Below, piece by piece: positions 12,236 to 26,079 of a stretch of DNA of 64,000 bases. The translations under genes were made by a program, and so were the position numbers. Under the pieces are notes generated by a model. It was given only the letters and a program-made list of their open reading frames with translations, did not search any database and had not been told where the DNA came from. The stretch comes from Albugo candida. Taxonomy: Eukaryota. Position 1 is the first letter of the stretch, and each line of letters begins with the position of its first letter. The stretch lies in the NCBI GenBank assembly GCA_040437565.1, contig JBDOQK010000007.1, forward strand, positions 1 to 64,000, given 5' to 3'.

Positions 12236-15200
12236 TCCTCCCGGATTTGACTTCTCGTTGGAACTTCTTGAAATCGGCGATGAGAGCATTCCAATGAGAA
12301 ACATGACGAATATCTTGCTCCCGCTCCTATGTAGCTACGTTCTCGAGTAATACATGCCATTTCACGAGTCATTCAGGTTTACGAGTAGTCTGAAATCGCG
12401 GTAGATTTCCCACATAGTGATTTAACACGTCGATATTGAACGTGGAATTCAATCGACTCATACTCCGCAGAAGCTTCAATTGCGCAACATTCGAGTTGAC
12501 CATTTTAATAGTTCTAAATGGTCCAACCTTGCGAGCAGCTAATTTGGCGCGTTTTTCCATCAATGCCTTGTGTCACATGTTTCGCAGAAGTGCGACGAGT
12601 ATCCAACATGACCTGATCTAAAATTTTAAAATTAATAGCAGTGCGTTTTTGTCGTAGTAATTCTTTTGACGAGCATGAGATTGAAGTAAATATTTCGTGC
12701 CTAGATCGATGCTCTCTTGACGACGGCTTTGAAAACGTTTTGCATAATCAGCGATTCCATGTTGAACCTGAGTTTTGACGCTAGGAATATCAAGCGGATT
12801 TAACGGATTCCGTTCCTAGCGACCAGTATCAATTTCGAAAGGTGAGATTACAGTTGATGCACTGATGAGAGTGGCATGAGCATATTCAATTCTTTCTTAA
12901 TATCGGACCAATCACGTCCATGATACGAAATCATACAGCGTAGAGCGTCTTCCAAAATCAGATTTTGTCGTTCTGTTTGTCCGTCGGCCTGTTCTCGATA
13001 CCAAGTTGTCATATGCAGACGAATCCCCATCAACTTAGCAACAGAAGACCAAAACTTCGATAAAACTTGAAATCTCGATCGCTGATAATAATCGATGGTA
13101 CACCATGATGACGAACGACATAATCAAAGAAATGACACGCTATCATATAAGCATCATCGTTGCGATTGGCCGCTCGATCTTTTGACCGGCTGGACATTTT
13201 GTTAGCACCAAATCCGTTTGATTTCGGTAATCCCGTAATGAAATCTATAGAGATAAATGATCAATATTTTTCCGGAATAGGGATCGGAATCATTTTTCCA
13301 TTCTTGCGAGCGTTGCTGTGTCTCCAGCGAGTGCATGTTTCAAAACTCCGTACGTAATCTCGAACGTCTTGGTTCAATGTAGGCCAATGAGACCATTGAG
13401 CGATGCGTTAACATGTTCGTTGAGCACCAAAGTGCGTGACAATGTTGGAGTCGTGAAAGCATGCCTTGATGGAAGCTCGACGGTAAATATCTTTTTTGTT
13501 TGGTACACACACGCGCATCATCATTTGTGTCTTGAACTTAATCAAACCTTCGAGTTTGACATGTAGTGAGTCGTGACATTTGTATTGTTCGGCATAATCT
13601 GGACAAGTACGATATCCATTGGCAAATTCCTTGTAAAACGAATTGGACCAACCAAGCGAGCTCGCCTTTTTGAGATTCTTGCGTCACTTTAACATTCATA
13701 GGAGAAGGCTCCGTAGCGCTTTTAGAACGCGACGTACTTGATTTTTCATGTATATCGCCATAAGTAAGCGTCTAATCACCAACATCAAACTCGCTGATAG
13801 AATCCAGTGCCGTTGACAATTCGGAACTTTGACGTGATAAAGCATCGGCTACCACAATCAAATGACCTTGAACGTGATGCAGCTTAAATGTAAGTTGCGA
13901 AAAAAACGTCAAATATCGAGCCAACTTTGACGAAACTTTCGGATGATGCAAAAACTGTTTGTATGCAGTGTTGTTCGTGTATATGTCAAATTCGCGACCA
14001 TAAAGAGAATGACGCCACATTTTTAATGCAAGCTTGATTGCATAAAGTTTCTTTTCATGTGCCGTCCAATTAAGCTCATTAATCCCCAGGCTTCCTGGAA
14101 TAGAATTCACTAGGGTGATCGCAAGCAGAATGAAGCTTATAAAGTTTACCACCAACACAATAGCCAGATGCGTCCGTTGTCACGATGAATCGTTTGGCAT
14201 GATCTGATAATTTCAACACAGGTGCGTCTTGAAGAGATGCCTTGAGTTGCTCAAACTCATGATTCTGGCCATCCTTCCATTCCCAAACATGCTCTTTCTT
14301 GACTAGAGGGCCAAGTGGTAACGCAAGAGTTGCTGAGTCACGAATTAAACGAGGATAGTAACCTGCCAAACCCAAGAAACTGAATAGTTGTTTCTGAGTT
14401 GTTGGAGTCGGCCACTTCGCAATAGCATCTATCTTCCGAGTATCCACTGTAAGTCCCTTAGCCAAAATTGTATGACCATGAAAGTTCACTTCCGGCTGGT
14501 CAAAATGACATCTGGACTGATGACAGAATAAGTTCTCATGCCGAAGAACTTCAAACAGAATGCGAAGATGACTAACTTGTTCGTCCAGACTAGTGGAGGA
14601 ACAAATGTCATCAAGATAGAGAACAATGAAGTTGTAATTCACAAAAAGTACTCGCATGAGACCAGATCAAACACCAGGCAAACCAGCTAATCCCATAGAA
14701 GCCACACACCACTGATAGGTTTCAGCATGTGCACGAAAGACGTAATACTTGCGGCTTTTGAATGCGATCCGCATTTGATGATTACCTTGGGTCAAATCAG
14801 AACTGAAAAGATGGCACAACCACACATCTGATTAAAGAGTTCTTCAATGCGAGGAAGTGGTATCTTCGAAATGATCGTCTGCGAATTGACGTCACGGTAA
14901 TCAACGACCCATCGAAGAGGTAGATTGGCGTTGTTCGAGCGTACCCACTCGGATCATGATATGTTTTGACCAGTAATGGGGTCCTTCTTAGGTACACCAA
15001 ATATATTTAATACCCATGGAGAGTCAGAAATCTTGATCCAAACTTTCTTGAGTTTTTCCGCGGCAAACATTTCAAGTGCATCTTGTTCGACCTTGTATGG
15101 GCGAAACGGTGCAGGGTTGCTAGATACAACATTCGGTTTCATAATAAGATCAAACTCCACACGACGTGAAGGTGGAAGTCCATCCGGAAGTGTCTCTGGA

Positions 15201-16879
15201 AAGACATCTTCAAGCTCGTTCAAAAGAGTAGTAATTGATCGAGGTGTTGTATCACGCTCCGTCATAACAGCGCAGATCTTTACGCGATACACTTCGTCGT
15301 ACTCATGCTTCTTGACTTTGCGTTTGAAGTCAGCTACAGCAATTTCATATAGATTTTATTGCTCTTATCCCTAGTAGTGCATGTCGAAGGCACGCACTGA
15401 TGTGGAAATGAAATTTCATGAGAACGCCAATCAAGTCGAGGTTGAAACTTGATAAACCATGGTTTGCCCAAGATGACATCATGAGCAGAACCCAATGGCC
15501 ATTCCATGACTTGTAAATTGCGAAATCTGTATCGATCAACTACATAGTCGCAGCACGCTTTTTATTGGAACGGGCTCTAGTGGAAGTTCCATCAAATCGT
15601 GTAACTTGGAAGACACCATATTGTGTCAGTTCCTTCATCAAGCCGGGACGAGAAAAATTACAGGTTTCACCGCTATAAAACATAATAGTGATAGTTATTC
15701 CATCACATGTTCCTTGTTTACGAATAAGTTCATTCTCTGGATGCACCGGATCCATAGTCGACGTCGAAATCTCTTCGATTTCGACAATTTCCACTTCGTT
15801 CCCGGAACGTGTAGTAGGAGGTAACGAGTAAGTCGATCTTGGAGACGTGAAAGGATTGAAGCTTACAGCCGCTTGTTCATGTCGAGCGCTATGAGCTTGC
15901 TGCTTCTTATTCTTCAGCTTATAACAGTGCTCGATGACGTGACCAGAAGGAGCGACGATGTTTGGTAAACTCTGAGTCAATCTCCATCGGTTCCGGATCA
16001 TTCTCTTCTGCGCGCAGTGATACAGATTGTTGATGGTGTTAATGTTGATTGAAAGTTGCACGTGATCGGTCTTGCGATTATACCGGTGGACGGGAGTTCT
16101 TCCCGCGGAAACGATGAGATCGATCATAATCCAACGCAATCTTCATGGCTTGTGAAACTGTGGCACACCGGTGGTATTGCACTTCTTCCAATGTGGGAAC
16201 CACTAGCCCTCCCGTAAAGTAGGTAATTTTATCCAACTCGCTCATTTCCGTAACTTGCATGGTAGCTTCACGGAAACGTGAAATATAAATTTCCAGGTTT
16301 GGACAGCTTTCCTTTTTGAGTGGTACAATTGATTACGCAAGCGTTCTTGCAGGGGTACAAATTCTTCATTTACTTGAACGATGAGGTATTCCATGTCTTT
16401 GATATATGGCTTGTTCAACTTGTACCACGCTGCGGCACTCCCTCTGAAATTGGTGGACGTTATTGCCAAAATACGAGCACTTCGACTGACATCGCACCAG
16501 TCGGTACTCTTTGCTTCGAAGTACTGAGGCAGTTGCTCAATGTACAGATCCACGGACTCGCCTATGTTACCATGGAATTGAGGTAAGCTGATCCGCTCAA
16601 CTTTTATTTCATGCTTGGTCATAGCTTGAAGCAATTGATGGTGTTTTTCTACAAAAGCGGGCAATGTTTTCGTGATGGCGTCGGCGGACCATCCTTGGGG
16701 GTTCAATGACGTCAGGATAACCAGAAAAAACAAAAAACGTCTTACCAAATAGAGCCAGAACAAACGACCAACACTCGGCGAGCGGCTCTCCCGGTGTCGT
16801 GGCGCTAAACAGCGCGTAAGAAAAAATCCTTCCGGGCGACCAACGACCTTCAGTTAGTTAACCAACAAGTGCTACCAGT

Positions 16880-17061
16880 TGTAACATCGGCAGGCGGAAA
16901 TGAGAGGAAGCAAAGGAGGATATTTGCTGGCGGATCTCTATTTGATAAAAAATGGAAAGTGAGATTTTTGATAAAAGAATCCTGGTTCACCAATCTGATT
17001 GGTCAATCCAGTTCTTCAATCGTGTAGAATTATGTATGCATGTACAATGAAGGTTGTTACA
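16880..17061 (-). repeat. Gypsy 5' LTR (182 bp), followed by a putative PBS TGGTAGCAC on the minus strand
   Basis: TGTAAC..GTTACA termini; TGG begins 2 nt inside the LTR boundary. Confidence 0.92.
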
Positions 17062-17066
17062 CATCG

Positions 17067-17580
17067 CCATCGTCTACTGGGGTGACCTTAAGGCTGCCTC
17101 CAGATGGAGAAGGAAAATGGTCCAGGGAGAAACGTTGGGTATTCCGTTGGTGCGATATTGGGTGGAGGCTGAACTCGAATCACAATTCTCCAAAGTCTTT
17201 CCTTTTAATTCTTCACACCACTTGTTGATTTTGAGCACGAGGTGCCAATCTTTGTGAAACCACTACGGTGGTCTGTTACCGGAGAGCCAAGTTGTCATAC
17301 TCTGAAGAATACTTTTCACCAAGAACGGTGACCGGATGGCACTCCAGTTGCTCACACGCGTCCTCAGATGCTGCCATCACTTTAACATTCCTCTTGAAAG
17401 ATTGGACATCTGCCCTATGTGGTGGCTATCCAGGAGAGACAAAAACATCGGTTGATTTGATCTCGGAAGAGAGAGGTAAAAAAGTCCAATTGGATTGCAA
17501 GCCTGACCCGTCAAAGAATCATTGGAAGAATTGCTTTCGCAAGGCTAAATGGCCGTGCTACCTCACGTTTGGCGGGAGCA
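17067..17580 (-). mobile_element. LINE ORF1 fragment (same family as 19341-22632)
   Basis: 17305-17390 (aatacttttcaccaagaacggtgaccggatggcactccag) matches 21830-21910 (aatacttctctccaaggatagtcaccggctgacactccaa). Confidence 0.7.
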
Positions 17581-18039
17581 GCGGATCGGTGCAAACGAAT
17601 TCGTGAATAGTGTTTGACTAGCACTTCTTTTCTTTAATGTTAAATGAGTCTGACTTGATCATGCCAATGCTTTTGTTTCAGCCACAATTATAATGGGAAT
17701 TTACTATCGTGATCAAATTAGTCAGAGACATCCTTGCAATGGTAATTTTGTCTAGTTGATTAGAAAGATAGAGATAATATACTTCGATTCAGCATGTATG
17801 TTGAAAATTATCGACAATTTAAATCAACTGGACACGAACCAATCTAGAATAGGTTTTTGTTTTAGTCATTGCATAAATGTGATAGCAAAGACTCACGGAT
17901 CAACAAAGAAGCTTCTCGGTCGTTGATTAACTCATTGTTGTACAATGCGAATGACGTAGTAGGGGTAATCACATTTCATTTATGCCAGCTAAGTCTGCAT
18001 CCCAAAATGCCTAATAAATAACAATGGAATCCAGAAATT

Positions 18040-18330
18040 CCATTACTGCGATATCTTGATTGGGCTACGTCCGTACAGCATCTTGGGTCTATGACAGGTA
18101 TTATCGTTACAATTAATGGATCGCTTATTATTTTTAAGTCAAAAATGAAAAGAGTTGTGGCATTACACAGCCGAAGAAGAATACGTTGCGCTATTTCTTT
18201 GTGTCCAGGAAGTCATACAGATGAAGATTTTATTGTACGAGCTATAGTTTCACCAACACTCCGTGTAAAAATATTTAAATTGCACTTGCTGCAATAGAGT
18301 TAGAAGCAAAAGTAAAATACATTTAGCATA
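18040..18330 (+). mobile_element. Copia RNase H fragment, highly degenerate
   Basis: TGIIVTINGSLIIFKSKMKRVVAL followed by EEEYVAISLC in another frame. Confidence 0.65.
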
Positions 18331-18559
18331 ACCTGGTATCTTGACACTACAACATGCATGTGGAACGGGATTACAAAATTGACTATGTTTCGTTTCACAT
18401 GACGTCCGTCTGGTACCAAGTGATGACCGTCTCTCATCGTCGGATATGTCACGTTGTCACCAAAACAGCCGTTCAGGTAAGGTCAGACTTTATTTGTGAT
18501 GGGTCTTGCAGTTTACGCACAAACCCTTGACAAAGTGTCAGAAAACGATCTCTTCTAAC

Positions 18560-19340
18560 ATTCCTCCTCGACGTCATCCTGGAGGGCCTTTAACTTGAAC
18601 ATAACACGCAGGCCCAAGATCCTTGGTGCTGGTAGGGCCTTCGTCAAAAGATCCTCCGTCATATCATCAGACTTGACAAGACTTGGCTGCACGACCTTAG
18701 CTTGAGCGTGGTGACAGATAACGAATGTCGACATGTTTCACGCTTGAGGTACTCTTCTCGCTTTCCAATTGCTTGATCGCCGCTTGATTGTCCATCAACA
18801 TGGGCATCGGCTCAACAACGTTCATCTCCACTTCTCCAAATAATCTCCTCAGACCTAGAAGTTCACGACCAGCATGCGATGCAGCGATGAACTCTGCTTC
18901 CATGATGCTAAGCGAGACACTAGACTGCTTTCTTCACGTCTACGATATCACTGCACCGTTCATAGTCAGCACGCATCCTGACACTGACTTTCTATCCGAT
19001 TTGTGCGCAACAAAGTCCGCGTCACTCCAGCCTTCGATCTTGATAGGCTCCCTGTTTGGCTTGTAATGTTGACGCTCATTCGAGTGACTTTGTCTCCTTA
19101 AGATATCGTGAAATTCGCTTGGCCATTCTCCAGTCCCTCATCGCCGGTTTGTATGTCTGCCTGGTTGCGCTGTACACTGCAAAACATACATCTGGGCGAG
19201 TGCATTGTTCAATCCGTAGTAGACTACCAACGAGAGACTGAAAGGACTTGATGCTTGCTAGTTCGTCGTCGGATGACGCAACCAGCACTTCTGAACCTTG
19301 CTTTTTTTCTTCGTTACCTTCTTTACCACCTGGGGTTCGG
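18560..19340 (-). mobile_element. Copia RT/RNase H 3' portion with PPT
   Basis: FQSLVGSLLRIEQCTRPDVCFAV, MEAEFIAASHAGRELLG, MDNQAAIKQLESEKST..KHVDIR. PPT GAGGAGGAA is followed by TGTTAG at 18560. Confidence 0.9.
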
Positions 19341-22300
19341 ATGCGATTGGTCAATAGTTGCCAGGATCACCTCGTGTTCCTTCTTTGTACAGTAATGTTA
19401 TTGCCGAGTGACGTTGTGATCGAAGTAACATACCTCTTTCTAGCTGATATTCGAAAACGATCTTCAGACACTCGCCAAACGTTTCCGGATCAAGCTGATA
19501 AATTTTAGTTGGCAGTCCATCCATACCTGGAGAAGAACTACTCCGCATGTGCTTGATCGCTTCCGCCATCTCGGTCGTACTTCAGCGAGTTGAGAGACGG
19601 TCTTGTTCTGCTGAGGCAAGATAAACTTGAATCGAATCGAGTAACTTTTTTTGCTTTGTTTCACATGGAACATTTGAGTCGGTCTCAGAGCTATAAAGAG
19701 AGCCCATGACACCACCCCAATGATCTCTGAATTCGTCAATAATCTCCGTCGGGTTCGATGTCACGGTACCACATTTTTTGATGACATTTTCGATCAATAC
19801 GCGACGACAAGATCTATCCGGAGGGCGAAAAACTAGACTCAACATCACGTCGGCTATCTTTTGCAACCTTTTTTTCAATTTTTTGAAGCTGTTTCTTGNN
19901 NNNNNNNNNNNNNNNNNNNNNNNNNNNNNNNNNNNNNNNNNNNNNNNNNNNNNNNNNNNNNNNNNNNNNNNNNNNNNNNNNNNNNNNNNNNNNNNNNNTA
20001 GGATGTGGTCGATAAAAAGATGACCATCTTTATAAATTACATTGCCATTCACCTGAGTGATGAGACATTGTTCCACGTTGAAATAATCGAGGTGCCCTTA
20101 GAATTCACGCTGAAGTGCACCAGCAATCAACCTCGTTTCACCATCTGCTTTTTGGAGGTGGAGTGTTGCTTTCTCTTCTGGGAAAAAGCTGAGATTGACT
20201 GAGAGCTCGTTGATATCACCACAGAGAAGTCCTCGCGTTTTACCACCAAACCATTGAGACGATGATTTTATTCCCACGTCGGAACGTTACAACAATATTA
20301 GCACATTGATCGGAAGTAAACGACAATGATGACCCGGAATCCAGATCACTGGTCCATCGGTGAGATATTGTATCCAGTGATCGATTGTGTAGAATGTCGG
20401 GGCAGTACACATGAATAAAAGTTCCAACAACGAGAGAGCTTTCGTTGCTCGAGTCAAAACGATAACGATGTCCGGCACTGACGTCCACCACGACATTACT
20501 TTCTCCAACAAAACAGATCGCTTCGAGGGAACTTTTCCACCAACGTGGCGACTCTATCGCGTCACAAACGTAATATCTTCGCCGAGATTGTGTGTTGCAA
20601 AAACTCGATTTATCATGAGTAGATGCTCCACTTCATCCAAAGCTTTATCATTCGACTCCATACACGCGAGTAGCACACCATTCATCGCGATCGGATGATC
20701 AATTGCCGCTCGGATATTTTTTTCCGGATTTGTGCAGAACTGGATTAGCTTCCGCACATGAGGAATGCAAGCATCCGCTTGAACCAACTTGTCCGGTCGG
20801 AGCGAGTGAAGGGCATTTTCTGGAACCGATTTCCATTAGCTCCCCTACTTCACCAACTCCGGTCCGATTTCTTGATTGTTGTATGCCGTTTTTGATAATA
20901 GTGCGCCACCTCTTTTGGCATCCGTCCTTTCACGGGGATGATTTTGAACGCGATTTGCATTCTCCCGATTGGCAACCAGTTTTACTTTTCCGATCTCCGC
21001 CTCCATAGTTGCGAGCACGAAAATATGATTACTCGTCGCTAACTTTCGAAGCGCAAGAGGTGGTGCTTTGAAGACCATTTGTTCGAACGGCTCCACCCGG
21101 TTACGTTTTCCACTCGTCCATGCCAACTTCATGGATACATCTCAATCCCTCTCTACCCGTGGTTGTGAATATGACTGACTGGTCAGTTGGAGGATGGGAG
21201 GAGTGGGTTGCAACAAGGCTGGTTCTCCTGGTGGTGTGATATTGGGGGGAGTGTTGAGCTACAACGAGATTTGATCGGAGAGCTTCCGTTCAGGTTCCCT
21301 CGCCTCCAATTCTTGACTGGGAACTGGATGCACTACCTTTTGTGGTACCACCACGAGTGCTTTTGGCTCGGTGGTTTGTTTTTGTTGCTTTTTTATTTCT
21401 GGGTGTTGTGAATCTGAGTTGCGGATTGATTTTGGCATTGTTTTTGATTATTGTTTTTGCTTTGGTGTTGCGGTGCTCCAGCGGCAGATGCTGCACCCAA
21501 ATCAAGGACCACGTTGACCAAAACGTGGTCGTTCCGTTGGAATAGGAGCATTTTCTCCCTTGCTGGGTAAAGCTGTTTGTCGTAAGCGATTTGTTCAACC
21601 ACTTTACCAACTCTATCCAGTTGTTGGGGGAACGTCAAACAACCAAAGTAAACTCGCCAAGTCGACATCACCACTTCCTTAGTGGGAATCGTCTCGCGAA
21701 AGGTGTCATGCACCACTTGACATCCGAGTTGTTGAAGATCGCGGAGTATGTTGTTCCGCTCCTCCTCCACGCATACGCCGATAACATCGAGGTAGTGTTT
21801 TGTTTCAAGACTATCAAACTCCCGAAAACAATACTTCTCTCCAAGGATAGTCACCGGCTGACACTCCAACTGTTGGCAGGCATCCGCAGTGGTGACCATC
21901 ACCCTGATGTTTTCCCAGGCATTTTGGACACCTGAGCGATGGAACGGCTCTCTAGTACACTTTCACAGACCGGACTGCCGTGGTCTCGCATCAGAGAGGA
22001 TAAATTTTTCCCATTTGGAGTACGGGTCAAAACCGTCTCCAAGACAATTGGGAAGATTGCTTTCCGGATTTGGAAAGGTCTTGCTGCTTCCAATTTCACA
22101 GACAAAACTGACCAATCCGAGTGCTCCCCATCAGCATATAGCTGTAGTATAGCCTAGATATCCGAGGCTTTCGGCTTTGGGAGCTCCACGCGAAATTTCG
22201 CCCGAAGCTCTAGCCTGGTCCTTACGCAAGGACTCCTGTGACTTCATAAGGTCAGCAAGAGTCGGACTTGTAGTGTCGTCCACAGTTGCAGTTGCCTTTT

Positions 22301-22632
22301 GGTCACCCTGTGACGAGGCAATGATAGTACCGCACGTATCACGGTATCTGACACCGGTAGTACCGGTATTGCCCTGTATTGTCACACTGGGCGTGGGGGT
22401 ACTTTCCGCGTCATCACGCAAGGGTGATAGTTCATCAACAATCATGCAATCACCCAAAACAGGGTGACTCATGAGGGTTGCCACGTCACTACAAGTGGAA
22501 GCTAGTACCCTGGGTTGTGTCGATATGTCGACTTGAACCATTGTTTTTGAGAGGAAAGAGTTGAAAAAGTAGATTTTCGAGTTGTTTTGTACTAAATCGG
22601 CGGGTTACAGATTAGCCGGCAAATTGAGAAGT
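19341..22632 (-). mobile_element. L1/Tx1-like LINE, 5'-complete and 3'-deleted (ORF1 from 22541, APE start, RT start)
   Basis: ORF1 MVQVDISTQP...; SSPGMDGLPTKIY..RSQRHSAITLLYKEG..PGNY matches the N-terminus of an L1-type RT. Homologous to 58055-64000 and 26346-26940. Confidence 0.88.
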
Positions 22633-24127
22633 TTTGTATATAAGCTCAGTAGATGTTCTAGTCCCCAGAACACTGAAAAACGGACGTGTTGTGTATATGA
22701 TCGTTTTGCCTTCTTTGATAACATATTAATTTTGTGGGATCGGTGCGGGTCAAGTTTGAATATAAATACCGCAAGGTATACTATCAAAGTGATCGTGTTC
22801 GTCCTCACCACGAGCAATCCTTGATGAAAACCTCGCTGCCCTATACGTCCCATTTGGCATAGCATGCTAATATATACATGGTCGCTGGAGAAGTGGATGA
22901 ACAGACCACTTCACACGTGTCCAAGCAATCAAGCGTGGTCGACCAAATTGTCGCTGTTCGGGTGATTGAAGCTGGCAAGTAACTTCGATTTGAAGTAAGT
23001 TGCGAGCTGACCAAAGACCATTAATTGAAACTAAGACTACTTTGAAAAGATCCCGTCACATTTCGCGATACGTTTGTAGCTACTTGGCCACTGATGATAA
23101 CAGCATCTCTCTTTGGCAGCTGCTGAAATTCTCTGACACGAGACGAGCTGAATCGGTTTTTGTTAGACCTTATTCATAGCCAGAAGGTATTTTGTGAGAT
23201 TTAAGCAGTGTTCTGAAGTCAATTCATGCACGTGAGACGCAACTCCTTCGTTGTCATCGATGTAAATTGTTACCCGATGTACAATCACAAGACCCATCAC
23301 GCAATTGCAAACACTTTTGATCTTCTATCCGTTGACCAGCTTTGTAAAGTTGTCATGGTCGCACTCTTCTTGAGTTGATTCCCAACACATCCCGCAACAC
23401 AATTTTATCAGCGTCATGGCTCCGCAGCATGTCGAGTCTAGACGATGTATATGGCACTGCACAGTGTCAAATTTGTATGATCCGATTGAACTTCACCGTC
23501 GTAGACCAAAACAACTCATGGACGTAAGCTACTGTATATCTCGCAGACGAAAGACTACGAGAAGTCTTCACTCAGCTTGCTGACTCAATTGCATCATTTG
23601 CGCCCATCGAAAAGAATTCTAAAAACCAGCGAGCTTTTGATCAACTCTATATCACGTAAAGGGGTTGGTACTCCTCTTGTTGTGCTCACTGACAACGAAA
23701 TGATAATCTCGGTGAACGATCATAGCCAATTCCACTTTGGATACCTAAAATACAGAGATCCCATCCCATCCACAAGCACCAGAGAAAGACCCACAAGACA
23801 TCTGCAACGGTGAAGACCTCGTCAGAAATTTATAATGGTACATAAATCTTCGCTTGGGAGGAAGACCGGCTCGCAATCATATCGATCGAACCAAAGAAGC
23901 CAACTGATGGAATACCAGTACTGATAGTGATAGAACCGAAGACGGCTGGGAGCAGTATTTTGGCGATCATACTGATAGACCGGTATTCGGTACCACTTCC
24001 GTTGGCGTCGATATCTCGTTTTACAGCTCGCAGCAACTTCGCCAATTGTATGGACTTCCCGAGAACGTGACCGATTTCGTGTCATCCTTAATGATGAAAT
24101 TGAATGATGGAATTAAGTGATCCATAT

Positions 24128-25837
24128 CGTCGGTGCGTTTTGCCATAATCCCTCAGAACGCTTGTGGACGTGATATCCGATGCAAATACACGCAAGAAGA
24201 CGAGTCATTGGATGAGCGAGTCGGTTTTCTTGGACGTCTTCTTACTCGTTGGACGTCTTCCTCAATCCGCCGCCACGCAGCATGTTCCATTGACCGGAAC
24301 CGATTCCATGCCGCCTTTTCTTGCACTCGGGTACCATTAGTGTCGCTGAGCTATAGAAATGAGTGTGACGTTGATCAAATAAAATCCAGCTTTGATCAGC
24401 GCAGCATCCCGTACGATGTCTTGTGGCTAGACATCGAGCATACTGATGAAAAGGTATCTCACATGGAATCCAATACATTTTGCAAGTCCGATTTTTATGC
24501 ACGAGAATTTGGCGATTGTTTGGACGCAACGTTGTCACGATCGTGGATCCCCATATCAGGATCGATCCCGCGTATTACGTGCATTTCAAAGAGAAATCGT
24601 TGAAATATTAAGTCAAGGGTGAGTATGGGAACGATTTTTATGGATGGTGTTAGCCTAGAGATTCGCCGTACTTGGACTTTACGAGCCATCAAGGTGATCT
24701 GCCCTTTTGTTCCGATATGAGACATATGTTGGAAGTACTTCTTCTCTGTACACTTGAAACGATAGGAATGAGCCATTCGTGTCAGAAGTGTCAATGCATA
24801 AAGGATCACAATTTGTATGGTTTCCATATGCAATTTTTTTTTTTTTTTTTGCAGAAAGCGACTCTGGAAAAAAGAACAATTCATACGACAATCACCGTCA
24901 TTGATCGAGTACTCTGGTCGTGACACTGATATTCAAGAGGATATGAGAAGACCATTTGTTCTTTCCAGGTCTTTTTTGCCGAATCCCAACGTTTTGGTGC
25001 CTTTGCGGGTCTCACATTTGTCGGTGCTGATATTCTAGGAGTTTTTTGGAATATCGATACATAGCTTCTTACACGAAGGTATCAAGCTGCAGCGTACCAG
25101 CAGCCGTTCTTCCATGGACACGTACATCATGATTCCGATCGTTGTGAGCCATAAGTTTTCGGTGAACCACATACGTGACACATTCGCTCGGTTATACATG
25201 AGCGATACAGTCTGCTTTCACAGCTGTACACACTCTTTACATTTTTCGACTGATGGGCTTCCGACAATTCGTCCATAATCATACCACTTCCATTCAGATG
25301 AGATTTTGTATCAAGAGGATGCTTCTTATTGGATTCTGATCTTTTGATCCATCCAGTGGTAGAACCGGGTATCACCAGCATATCTGTGTCCTTACCGTCC
25401 CATTCTATTTGGTATAGTGTTTTTTAGCATTACAAGACAATTCTCGGTCAAGGTAAACTTCGTGACGGGAGCCCAGGCCGAGTGAACATATGCTGGTCTT
25501 TATACAAGGCGGAAGCATTGCCACACGAAAACGTCGCTTTCTCCGAATTTTTGCTTTGTTACATCGTGATTCGGTGAGTCTGTTGATCGCATTGAATGCG
25601 AATGTGTCAGCCAAAGGGCGATTGTACATCGATGATAAGCGCAAATTTGCGAACACAGTAGGCAATCGCTTCAATTTGGTGCATTTTAGATGTACAATAA
25701 ATGGATTACAATCGTTTGTGGTGGCGAATGAGTATGCGTCGTCAATTGTGTCGAAAGAATCGAAATCTACGGTTTCGGAGCGCTGTATTAAGTTCCGACA
25801 AACCTTTTGCGTGACTTTGAAGTTGTTAACGCTGTGA
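24128..25837 (+). pseudogene. Glucosidase II alpha subunit (GH31, GANAB/Rot2-like) pseudogene
   Basis: WMSESVFLDVFLL, MPPFLALGYH*CR*, IPYDVLWLDIEHTD, RPFVLSRSF, VFIQGGSI..AKGRLYIDD. Many stops and frameshifts; the catalytic WNDMNE motif was not found. Confidence 0.88.
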
Positions 25838-26079
25838 TTTCTGCGGAAACAAACGTCAAGAAGACGACATGGAAAGCGATGTTTCGTAACAGCTTTTGAA
25901 TCTAACATACGACTCGGATTTGGATCAATATGATCGTGCGGAAGCCCGCGTTGATATTGCATGAAGTCTGAAAACTTCAATCTCACTATGGAGACCGGTA
26001 ATACCGGCTGCAGCAATGTGACGCTTTGCACAAGTACTAAACGAATTTGTGTGCATGGTAACGATCCCATAATCTGTGT

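Larger units (their letters stand above)
12067..17061 (-). mobile_element. Full-length degenerate Ty3/Gypsy LTR retrotransposon (chromovirus type)
   Basis: Two TGTAAC...GTTACA LTRs and a 5-bp TSD CATCG (12062-66, 17062-66). Internal domains: gag (16763-15900), protease remnant (MFYSGETCNF), RT (LYLDDIC), RNase H (TTDASGYCVGG), integrase (QADGQTERQN) and a chromodomain. All are broken by stops and frameshifts. Confidence 0.95.

Noticed and set aside
12240-12380. Trp-to-stop changes as evidence of RIP-like hypermutation
   Set aside because: Stops from TGG/CAA/CAG are expected under ordinary transition bias, and I cannot quantify dinucleotide bias by eye.
23830-24045. EF-hand-like DIDANGSGT ORF
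   Set aside because: A single short motif with no supporting gene structure.
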